This document shows positions 10,904 to 21,650 of a stretch of 64,000 bases of DNA, in pieces. This stretch comes from Polyangiales bacterium (lineage in GTDB: Bacteria > Myxococcota_A > Polyangia > Polyangiales > Ga0077539). The DNA is taken from assembly GCA_041389885.1 (NCBI GenBank), contig JAWKRB010000006.1, forward strand, positions 3,101 through 67,100. Direction: 5' to 3'. Below the pieces are notes generated by a model, which was not told where the DNA came from, did not search any database, and saw only the letters and a list, made by a program, of their open reading frames with translations. The position numbers and the translations under genes are program-made. Position 1 is the stretch's first letter. Each line of letters begins with the position of its first letter.

Positions 10904-12034
10904 ATGGACGCGCTCGGCCGCTTTCGCGGCGCGATCCTGGGGCTCGCGGTCGGCGACGCGCTGGGACACCCGACAGAATTCATCTCAAACCTCGGGTCGA
11001 TCCGCGCCCGCTGGCCGCCGTACGGGGTCACGGGCTTCGAGGCGGCGGGACGTCATGCTCCGGGTACGTTCACCGACGACACACAGATGGCGATCGCGGT
11101 GGCGCGGGCCCTGTGCCGCGTGGGGCAGCGCGACCTCGACACCCTGATGCGGGTGATGGGCGCCGAGTTCGTCGCCTGGGCGAGCTCGCCCGAGAACAAC
11201 CGCGCGCCCGGCGGCACCTGCCTCGCGGGCTGCCGAAACCTCGCCCGCGGCGCTCCCTGGCGCGAGGCTGGGGTGCGGGGATCGAAGGGCTCGGGGGCGG
11301 CGATGCGGGCGGCGCCGGTCGGGCTCTACCACGCGGGCGACCTCGACGCGCTGGTGCGGGTGAGCGCGGCGCAGAGCGCGCTGACGCACGCCCACCCGAC
11401 GGGGGTCGCGAGCGGCGTCGCGGCGGCGGCGGCCATCGCGCACGCGCTCCGCGACGGGGCGGTGGTCGGGGTGTTCGAGTTCACCCGCGCCTGCCTCGCG
11501 CGGCTGACGCCCGCGATGCTCCTCGACGTCGGCTGCGACGAGGGCATGGTGAGCGCCCTCGGGGTGCGGGAGATGTCCGAGGCCCTCGACCGCGCCGAGG
11601 CCGCGCAGGAGCAAGACGCCGACGACGTCTGCGCGCTCCTCGGCGGCGCCTGGGTCGGCGAGGAGGCGGTCGGCGCCGCGCTCTGGTGCGTGCTGAAGTC
11701 GGGCGGTGACTTCTCGTCGGCGGTGCTCCGCGCGGCGAACAGCTCCGGAGACTCCGACTCCATCGGCTGCATCGCGGGCGCGATCGCGGGCGCGATCGGC
11801 GGCGTCGACGCGATCCCGCCCGTGTGGCGAGGCCAGGTCGAGAAGGCCGCCGCCCTCGACGCGCTGGCGACGGCGCTCTACGAGTCCTCGCGGGACCGGC
11901 GGAGCGTCGTGCTCGCGCCCGAGCTGGACTTCTTCGGCGCGGAGCGCTTCGGCGTACGCCCCGAGGATTTCGCGGAGGGCGAGCCCACCGAGGTGAACTT
12001 CAAGCGGAGCGACCTCCGCGGGCGCCGCGACTGA
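10904..12034 (+). CDS. ADP-ribosylglycohydrolase (ARH/DraG family)
   Basis: MDALGRFRGAILGLAVGDALGHPTEF..., FTDDTQM, and C-terminal NSSGDSDSIGCIAGAIAGA metal-site motifs typical of ARH enzymes; internal ATG of ORF 10544..12034. Confidence 0.85.
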   Translation: MDALGRFRGAILGLAVGDALGHPTEFISNLGSIRARWPPYGVTGFEAAGRHAPGTFTDDTQMAIAVARALCRVGQRDLDTLMRVMGAEFVAWASSPENNRAPGGTCLAGCRNLARGAPWREAGVRGSKGSGAAMRAAPVGLYHAGDLDALVRVSAAQSALTHAHPTGVASGVAAAAAIAHALRDGAVVGVFEFTRACLARLTPAMLLDVGCDEGMVSALGVREMSEALDRAEAAQEQDADDVCALLGGAWVGEEAVGAALWCVLKSGGDFSSAVLRAANSSGDSDSIGCIAGAIAGAIGGVDAIPPVWRGQVEKAAALDALATALYESSRDRRSVVLAPELDFFGAERFGVRPEDFAEGEPTEVNFKRSDLRGRRD

Positions 12035-12048
12035 CGCGGGAGAGGTGA

Positions 12049-14457
<2,409 letters not shown>

Positions 14458-14531
14458 CGCGCCGAGCCTGGTCCCGCCGCGTGATCCGCGCTTGTTTTCA
14501 GCGGTGACGCTGCGGTACCTATGAGGCCTGA

Positions 14532-17174
14532 ATGATCGCTGACGCGCCGCGGGTCGGCCGAGTCATCGCGGGTCGATACCGCGTCGAGGAGGCATGTGCG
14601 CAGGGTTCGGCGCCCTTCGCGGCGCGCGCCGTTCGCGTCGTCGACGGGGTCGACGTGCTGCTCTTCACCGCGCCGCCCTCGGTGGTCCGCGACGGAGGGG
14701 TGCAGCGCTTCACCGAGCTCGCGCGCCCCCTGCGCGGCTTCGCCGAGGGGCTGTGGATGATGGTCCTCGACGAGGGGGTCGACGCCGACGGCTCGCCCTT
14801 CCTCGCGACCTCGTACTGGAGCCGCGAGACCGTCGAGCAGCGCGTGCTCCGCGCGGGCGCGATCAACGCGTCGGTGGCGGCCGAGGTCGCGGTCGACGTC
14901 CTCGGCGCGCTCGGCGCGCTCCACGCGCGCGACATGGCCCACCGGGGCCTCTCCCCCGAAGACGTGCTGCTGGTCATGGGCGAAGACGGGGCGCTGCACG
15001 GCCACGTCCTCGCCGGGGGCCTGCTGCGCGCGCTCGCGTGCGGCGCGAGGGCGGGAGAGAGCGTGGTCCGGGCGGCCTGCGCGGCGCCCGAGCAGCACCG
15101 CGGCGAGCTGGGAGGGCCCGAGGCCGACGTGTGGGCCGTGGGCGTGACGCTCTACCGAATGCTCACGGCGTCGCTGCCCTTCCCGGGCACGACGACCGAA
15201 GAGGTCGTGCTGGCGGCGGCGACGCAAGACTTCACGCCGCTCCCTTCGCGGCTCCCCGACGGCTTCGCGCGGGTGATCGCCAGGGCGCTCTCGAAGCGCG
15301 CCCCCGCGCGGTACCCCGACGCGCGGGCGATGCGCGACGACCTGCTGAAGGCCCTGGTCGAGGCCGGGCTGCGCGAGCACCCCGGCGCCGCCCCCTCGCA
15401 GCGCCCGGCGACCGTCGACGACCCCGAAGACGACGCGGGCGACCTCGACGCGCTGATCGAGCTCGCGAAGGTGCCGTCGAAGCGTCCGTCGATGGCGCCC
15501 CCGAGCGCCGCCGGGCTCTCTCGCCCGCCGCTCTCCCTCGGTCCTCCGAGGAGCCTGAGCCCCCAGGCGCCCTCGAGGGACCCCGTGGCCGCGAGCGGTC
15601 CCGCGCCGGCGAGCTTCGACCTCGACTCGGTGCAGCCGCCTCCCACGGGGGCGCAGGTCGAGATTCCGCGCCCGGCGCCGGTCCCGAACATTCCTGTGGC
15701 GCCCTCGTCGCCCGCGCCCGCGTTCAGCGCGCGGGAGAGCTCGGTCGCGGTGAGCAAGCCGCGTCCCTCTCGCACCTTCGAGCCTCCCCCCAAGCCCAAG
15801 GGCGGGACCATCAGCGCCGGCTCCGCGCTGCTCGTGGTGATCGCCGTGACGGCGGGCGCGGGCTACCTCAGCCGCGACTTCCTCCGCCGCACCTTCTCCC
15901 CCAGCCCCACGGGGCTGGGCGACCTCGAGGTGCCCTCCGAGCCGTCGACGCGCGTCGACGGAGCGGTCGACGCCGCCGTCGCCGTCCAAGACGTCGCCGC
16001 GGCTGACGCCGAGCCCGAGACCCCGTCGGGGCCCTTTCAGCCTCGGGTCGAGACGCAGTCCCCGGCGGAGTTCGGCGAGCAGCTCCGGGTGCCCCTGCCG
16101 CCGGGGCTGAGCTCGCTCCAGCGGCACCAGTTCGTGACGCACGTGACCTCGGCTCCGCCCAACCTCGCGGCGACGGTGGGGGGCTTCGCGAGCTGCGTCG
16201 ACGGGCGGGTGTTTCTGCACCCTGGCGGCGTGAACGGCGCGCTCCGGGAGGGCGCCGCGGGCGCGCGCTGCGAGGGCGTAGACCTCGCCCTCACCGAAGA
16301 CCTCGACGGAGACGGCCGCGGCGACGTGATCGCCATCGACGCCCGCCGGGGCGCCGTGCTCGTCGTGGGGTCGCGCAGGATGAGGGTCGAGCGGAGCCTC
16401 GCCCTGCCCGACGCCTGGGCGATCACCGCGGGGCTGAGCTTCGAGGTCGGGCGCCGACGCGAGCCCGCGGCGGTGGTGTACACCGCGGGCGATGGCGTGC
16501 TCCCGACGCTCGTCGCGGTGGGGCTCCGCAGCGGCAGGGTCTTCTGGCGGGCCGACCCCGCGCTGCACGTGGGCGCGCCCGGCGACTACGGCCTCAGCGT
16601 GGCGGGCGACCTCGATCGAGACGGCGCGCCCGACGTGGTCGTCGGACTGCTGCGAGAGGGGAGGCACTGCGTGACGGTGCTCTCGGGAGCCACCGGGGTG
16701 CCGGTCTGGCGCCAGCCGCGGTGCACGCGGGAGGTCGGCGCGCAGTACCTCTCCGCGGGGCCCGACCTCGACGACGACCACCGCGGAGAGATCGCCCTGG
16801 GCAGCGCCTTCGGCCACCGGTTGACGGTGCTGTCTGGCGCCGACGGCGCGGAGATGGTGTCGGCGCCCCCGGCGACGGAGGCCGCGACGCTCTCGCTGGG
16901 GCAGGGGATGCTGATGACCCCCGACCTCGCGCGCGATGGATTCCCCGACCTCGTCGCGCCCACCTCGGAGGGGAACGCCTCGGTGGTCGTGGTGTACTCC
17001 GCCAACGACGGGCACCGGCAGGGCGCGATCCCTGTTTCGTATGATGGCGCCCCTGTGTCTATTTCGCAGATTCGAATTCAATACCTCGAGAATTTTGTGT
17101 TTGACGGCTCCCGCTCGCTCCTGGTCGCGACGCCTGGCGGGTTGCAGATCTTCGGCGCCTCGCCGCGCTCCTGA
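14532..17174 (+). CDS. Membrane-anchored pseudokinase (degenerate Ser/Thr kinase-like domain) with Pro-rich linker, TM helix and C-terminal FG-GAP/beta-propeller repeats
   Basis: Kinase-like fold with degenerate motifs: no GxGxxG/VAIK, HRGLSPED in place of HRDLKPxN, and activation-segment-like ADVWAVGVTLYRMLTASLPF. TM segment LLVVIAVTAGAGYL; DLDGDGRGD and DLDRDGAPD FG-GAP units; SD gagg upstream. Confidence 0.75.
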   Translation: MIADAPRVGRVIAGRYRVEEACAQGSAPFAARAVRVVDGVDVLLFTAPPSVVRDGGVQRFTELARPLRGFAEGLWMMVLDEGVDADGSPFLATSYWSRETVEQRVLRAGAINASVAAEVAVDVLGALGALHARDMAHRGLSPEDVLLVMGEDGALHGHVLAGGLLRALACGARAGESVVRAACAAPEQHRGELGGPEADVWAVGVTLYRMLTASLPFPGTTTEEVVLAAATQDFTPLPSRLPDGFARVIARALSKRAPARYPDARAMRDDLLKALVEAGLREHPGAAPSQRPATVDDPEDDAGDLDALIELAKVPSKRPSMAPPSAAGLSRPPLSLGPPRSLSPQAPSRDPVAASGPAPASFDLDSVQPPPTGAQVEIPRPAPVPNIPVAPSSPAPAFSARESSVAVSKPRPSRTFEPPPKPKGGTISAGSALLVVIAVTAGAGYLSRDFLRRTFSPSPTGLGDLEVPSEPSTRVDGAVDAAVAVQDVAAADAEPETPSGPFQPRVETQSPAEFGEQLRVPLPPGLSSLQRHQFVTHVTSAPPNLAATVGGFASCVDGRVFLHPGGVNGALREGAAGARCEGVDLALTEDLDGDGRGDVIAIDARRGAVLVVGSRRMRVERSLALPDAWAITAGLSFEVGRRREPAAVVYTAGDGVLPTLVAVGLRSGRVFWRADPALHVGAPGDYGLSVAGDLDRDGAPDVVVGLLREGRHCVTVLSGATGVPVWRQPRCTREVGAQYLSAGPDLDDDHRGEIALGSAFGHRLTVLSGADGAEMVSAPPATEAATLSLGQGMLMTPDLARDGFPDLVAPTSEGNASVVVVYSANDGHRQGAIPVSYDGAPVSISQIRIQYLENFVFDGSRSLLVATPGGLQIFGASPRS

Positions 17175-17335
17175 TCCGCTGCGGGTCGAGAAGCGCGGGG
17201 GGCTCTGCACGCGGATCGCGACTCGTGCTAACAGAGGGCAGCGCAAGGCGCGCCCCTTCCACAGCGCAGTGTCCAGATGGACGATCGCTGGGAGGTGGAG
17301 ACGCGCGACGGTTGAACGCGGGGCGGGAGCCCACG

Positions 17336-20300
17336 ATGTCGGCGCCTGAGGCGCCGCACGACACGACACCGATGCCCACGCCCGGGCGGCCGAAGGGGGC
17401 GAGTGATGCAGGCAGCGAGCGGAGCGACGACGTGACGATCTCAGGCCCGAACAAGCGCGGCACCCACGACGAAGACGACGACCTGAGCGGGCTCCGCGAC
17501 GGAGAGGACGAAGACGCGCTCCGCGTCGACGAGGAGGGCGGCGACGACGACGCGCTCCCTGAGATCCCGAGCGCGGTCGACGCGCCCAAGGAGCTCCCGC
17601 CGCTGCCGCAGACGCCGGCGACCCTGGCCATCGCGAGGATGAGCGAGCGCTCGATCTCTCGCACCGTCGGGATGAACGCCTACCAGAAGGGCCGAGGCTA
17701 CGCGCGCCGAGGCAACGTGGTCGACTCGACCATCGACGCCTGGGCGGCCGCGGGCCGCGTGCACGGCCGCGCCGCGGAGCCCTACGACGTTCGCCTCGAG
17801 GTGAACGACGCGGGCGGGTTCACGTCCTCGTGCACCTGCCCCGCGTGGCGAGGCCCTGAGCGGCACTGCAAGCACGTCGCCGCGCTGCTGGTCTCTCTCC
17901 GCGACCGGATGCGACCCCTGCGCGAGGCCGCCCTCCACGCGGCGCAGCAGAGCCGCGAGGAGGAGCGCAGCGTCGTCAAGAAGCCCCGCGGCCGCGCCCG
18001 CGGCCACCGCGACGAGCCCTCGACGCCGCGGGAGGTGGTCGTGGTCGACCGCTCGGGGCCGCGCGTGGTCAGCGCCGGCGCCTCGACGCTGACCACCGCG
18101 CAAGGGACCACGTCGACCAGCGTCGCGCCCCTCGAGCTCCGCGCGGGCTGGCAAGTCTGGCTCCCCGCGAACGAGCCCCGGCGCGCGCCCGATTTCGAGT
18201 ACCGCGTGCAGCTCCGCTCCATGGCCATCGCGGTGACCGCGTACAACGCCGAGACCCGCTCGCCGGTCGCCCCCGACGCCGCCCTCGAGGCGCTCGGCGC
18301 GCACGCGAGCGCGCACCGACCGATCCTCCGGGCGCTGAGCCGCGCGGTGCGAGGCGGGCGCGCCGCCGCGGTGGAGCTCCGCGGCGAGGACGCCGCCGAG
18401 GCGCTCTCGATGCTCCGCGAACGCAGGGTGCTCATCGAGCCCACGCTGATGGAGATGCGCTTCGTCGACGACCCCCTGACGCCGCGCATCGACCTCGAGC
18501 TCCACGGCCCGACGGTGCGCGTGAAGGTGGCCTTCGAGCGCAAGTCTGACGGGCGGAGGTACTCCGGCGCGCAGGGGCTGTGGTTCGAGGGTCAGCCGGG
18601 GTGGCACATCGACACGGTGCAGGGCATCGCGCGCACGATCGCGGAGAGCGTGACGCCGACGTGGCTCGAGCGCCTGTCGCGCGCGCCGACCATCTCGCAC
18701 CCCGTCGACGACCTCGGGCGGCTCCTCTCCGAGGTCCTGCCCCGCACGGCGCTGGGCCTGGGCGCCGAGCTCCCAGAGCTCTCGTCGATCCTCGACGTGA
18801 TCGACGCGGCGCCGCAGTTCGTGCTCCGGGCGCAGGGCGACATCACCCGCGTGCGCGCCTGGCTGAAGGTCTCGTACAGCGACACCGAGCTCGACGTGCC
18901 GCCGGCCTCGCTGCCCTCGCCGCTGGCGATCCTCCCGATGCCCGCCGACGCGCCCCCCGGCGCGCGCCCCACGGTGATTCGTCGCGACATCGGCGCCGAG
19001 CGCGAGGCCGCCGACACGCTCTTCGGCCTGGGCCTGGGCCTGCCCGCCGACGACCGCCACGACGAGTGGTTCGAGGCCAGCGGCGACCGCGCCATCGCGT
19101 TCTGGTCCGAGGGCGTGGGCTCGCTGCCCGAGACCTGGGACCGCTACATCCCCGACGACCTCGTCGACGTCACCCTCCGCAGCACGGCGGTGACCCCGCG
19201 GGCGAGGGTCTCGTCGGGCGTCGACTGGCTCAGCCTCGACGTCGAGTTCGACAGCGAGGGATCGAAGGTCAACGAGGCCGACCTGCGCCGCGCGCTCACC
19301 GAGGGCCGACGCCTCGTGCGCCTCGAGGACGGCACCTTCGCGCCCATCTCGCCCGAGCAGGTGAGCGAGGTGCTGCTGCACATGGCCGAGCTCTTCGCGC
19401 AGGGGCGCAAGCAGCTGCCGCTCTCGCAGGCGGGGCGCATCCAGGAGCTGCTGAGCCTGGTCCCCGGCGCGAAGGTCGAGCCCGAGGCGCGGGAGCTGCT
19501 GAGCTCGCTCAACGCGCACCGGTCGGTGCTCCAGGTGCCGTGCCCCGAGGCGCTGAAGGCGACGCTGAGGCCCTACCAGCACGAGGGCTTCTCGTGGCTG
19601 GCGTTCATGCACAAGACCAAGAACGGCGGCGTGCTCGCCGACGACATGGGCCTCGGCAAGACGCTGCAGACCATCGCGCTGCTGCTCTGGGCCAAGGAGG
19701 GTGGCCGAGAGCTCGGCGCGGCGCCCGACGCGGCCCCGAAGACCGCGAAGGGGCGAAAGAAGAAGGCCGAAGAGGCGCCCGCCGAGCCCGCGCCCGCGGC
19801 GAAGAAGGCTCGCAAGGGCGCGGCGAAGGCCCCGGCCGAGGCGCCCGCCGCCGTCGAGCCGAGCGCGGGCAGGCGCGGGCTCGCGCTGGTGGTCGCGCCC
19901 ACCTCGGTGGTGCACAACTGGATGCGCGAGATCGAGCGCTTCGCGCCGACGCTCCGCGCGGTGGCGTGGACCGGGGCTGACCGCGAGAAGCGCACCCACG
20001 AGCTCGACGGCGCCGACCTCGTGATCACCAGCTACGCGCTGCTCCGCCGCGACGAGGAGTTCTTGCAGCGGTACGAGTTCTCGTACGTGATCCTCGACGA
20101 GGCGCAGAACATCAAGAACCCGATGTCGGCCACCGCGCGGGCGGCGAAGCGGCTCCGCTCGGAGCGGCGGCTCGCGCTCACGGGCACGCCGATCGAGAAC
20201 CGCCTCTCGGAGATCTGGTCGATCTTCGATTTCTTGTCGCCCGGGATCCTCGGCGACCTGGCGACCTTCGAGGAGCGCTACGCGCGCCCCATCGACCGGG

Positions 20301-21145
20301 GCGACCACGCGGCGATCCGCAAGCTTCGGGGAACGATCCACCCGCTGGTGCTCCGCCGCACCAAGACCGAGGTGGCCAAGGACCTCCCCGAGCGCATCGT
20401 GGTCGAGCGAGAGTGCGAGCTCGTGACGACGCAGCGCGGGCTCTACGCGCAGGTGCTGCAGCAGGTGCGCGCGAGCGTGTTCGGCGAGATCGAGCGCGTC
20501 GGGGTCTCGAAGAGCCAGATCCAGATCCTCGCCGGGCTCACGCGGCTCCGTCAGGCGGCCTGCGACCCGCGGCTCCTGAAGCTCCCGGGGCAGAAGTTCG
20601 GCGACGAAGACTCGGGCAAGCTCGACGCGCTGATGGAGATCCTCTCCGAGGCCGTGCAGTCGGGGCACCGCACGCTGGTCTTCTCGCAGTTCGTCGAGAT
20701 GCTGACGATCATCCGCGCGGCGCTCGAGCGCGAGGGGATGAAGTACGAGTACCTCGACGGCTCGACGAAGGACCGCATGGAGCGCGTCGACCGCTTCAAC
20801 AAGGACGAGACCGTCCCGGTGTTCTTGATCTCCCTCAAGGCCGGGGGCGCGGGCCTGAACCTCACCGGGGCCGACACCGTCGTGCACTTCGACCCGTGGT
20901 GGAACCCCGCGGTGGAGGACCAGGCCACCGACCGCGCGCACCGCATCGGTCAGACCCGCGTGGTCACCGCGTACCGCCTCATCGCCCGCGGGACCATCGA
21001 GGAGAAGATCATGACGCTCTCGGCGAAGAAGCGTGAGCTCGTCTCGAACGTGCTCGGCGCCGAAGAGGCCACGATCCCGAAGGGGCTCACCCGCAGCGAC
21101 GTCGAGCTCCTCTTCGCCGAGGAGGACGCGGCGGTCGACGCATGA
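17336..21145 (+). CDS. SNF2/SWI2-family helicase with N-terminal SWIM zinc finger
   Basis: SWIM CxCxnCxH (CTCPAWRGPERHCKHVAALL); SNF2 motifs LADDMGLGKTLQ, DEAQNIKN, LTGTPIENRL; helicase C (QATDRAHRIGQTRVV). SD gggagc upstream of ATG 17336; an alternative upstream start is at 17225. Confidence 0.9.
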   Translation: MSAPEAPHDTTPMPTPGRPKGASDAGSERSDDVTISGPNKRGTHDEDDDLSGLRDGEDEDALRVDEEGGDDDALPEIPSAVDAPKELPPLPQTPATLAIARMSERSISRTVGMNAYQKGRGYARRGNVVDSTIDAWAAAGRVHGRAAEPYDVRLEVNDAGGFTSSCTCPAWRGPERHCKHVAALLVSLRDRMRPLREAALHAAQQSREEERSVVKKPRGRARGHRDEPSTPREVVVVDRSGPRVVSAGASTLTTAQGTTSTSVAPLELRAGWQVWLPANEPRRAPDFEYRVQLRSMAIAVTAYNAETRSPVAPDAALEALGAHASAHRPILRALSRAVRGGRAAAVELRGEDAAEALSMLRERRVLIEPTLMEMRFVDDPLTPRIDLELHGPTVRVKVAFERKSDGRRYSGAQGLWFEGQPGWHIDTVQGIARTIAESVTPTWLERLSRAPTISHPVDDLGRLLSEVLPRTALGLGAELPELSSILDVIDAAPQFVLRAQGDITRVRAWLKVSYSDTELDVPPASLPSPLAILPMPADAPPGARPTVIRRDIGAEREAADTLFGLGLGLPADDRHDEWFEASGDRAIAFWSEGVGSLPETWDRYIPDDLVDVTLRSTAVTPRARVSSGVDWLSLDVEFDSEGSKVNEADLRRALTEGRRLVRLEDGTFAPISPEQVSEVLLHMAELFAQGRKQLPLSQAGRIQELLSLVPGAKVEPEARELLSSLNAHRSVLQVPCPEALKATLRPYQHEGFSWLAFMHKTKNGGVLADDMGLGKTLQTIALLLWAKEGGRELGAAPDAAPKTAKGRKKKAEEAPAEPAPAAKKARKGAAKAPAEAPAAVEPSAGRRGLALVVAPTSVVHNWMREIERFAPTLRAVAWTGADREKRTHELDGADLVITSYALLRRDEEFLQRYEFSYVILDEAQNIKNPMSATARAAKRLRSERRLALTGTPIENRLSEIWSIFDFLSPGILGDLATFEERYARPIDRGDHAAIRKLRGTIHPLVLRRTKTEVAKDLPERIVVERECELVTTQRGLYAQVLQQVRASVFGEIERVGVSKSQIQILAGLTRLRQAACDPRLLKLPGQKFGDEDSGKLDALMEILSEAVQSGHRTLVFSQFVEMLTIIRAALEREGMKYEYLDGSTKDRMERVDRFNKDETVPVFLISLKAGGAGLNLTGADTVVHFDPWWNPAVEDQATDRAHRIGQTRVVTAYRLIARGTIEEKIMTLSAKKRELVSNVLGAEEATIPKGLTRSDVELLFAEEDAAVDA

Positions 21146-21615
21146 GCGACGACGCCTCGCGCCCGCTGCCGCCCTGCGGCCTGTACCGCACCACGACCCG
21201 CCTCGCGGAGGTCCCCTCGGGGCGGCTGGTGTACTTTCACAACCACGGAGACCCCGGCGCGGGGATCTACCTCCCCTCGTCCTGGCGGCAGAACCGCGCG
21301 CGCTTCGAAGACCGCGGGATCCTCATCCCCGGCGACTGGTGGGCGGCCACCCTCGACCCGCTGCCCGCCGAGGGATTCTACCGCGTGACCCGCGCCTTTC
21401 ACTGCTGCGAGAAGCAGTGCGCGACCTTCGAGGTCGACCAGCTCCTGCAGGTCGGATACACCGCCGAGGCGACGCCGCTGGTGTTCGTGCTCCGGGTCGT
21501 CGACGGCGTGCTCGAGGTCCCCGAGGAGGGCACGATCATCGATCGCGCGCGCCTCGGGTGCATGGCGCCCCTCAAGACCCCCGTGAGCCAGACCCCCGAC
21601 CACTCGATCCATTGA
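21142..21615 (+). CDS. Hypothetical protein (157 aa) translationally coupled to the SNF2 helicase
   Basis: ATGA start/stop overlap with the helicase; non-repetitive sequence with a Cys cluster FHCCEKQC. No recognisable family. Confidence 0.55.
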   Translation: MSDDASRPLPPCGLYRTTTRLAEVPSGRLVYFHNHGDPGAGIYLPSSWRQNRARFEDRGILIPGDWWAATLDPLPAEGFYRVTRAFHCCEKQCATFEVDQLLQVGYTAEATPLVFVLRVVDGVLEVPEEGTIIDRARLGCMAPLKTPVSQTPDHSIH

Positions 21616-21650
21616 GCGCCGGGGTGACAAGCGCGCGCTGACGTCGGATC

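Noticed and set aside
14458-14531. Possible intrinsic terminator after ligA (ccgccgcgtgatccgcgcttgtttt)
   Set aside because: The stem is imperfect (gccgcg/cgcgc mismatch) and short; at most a weak terminator, and the downstream gene has its own SD, so it is not called.
17441-20941. 1166-aa minus-strand ORF
   Set aside because: Antisense shadow of the SNF2 helicase; Arg/Gly/Asp-rich with no motifs.
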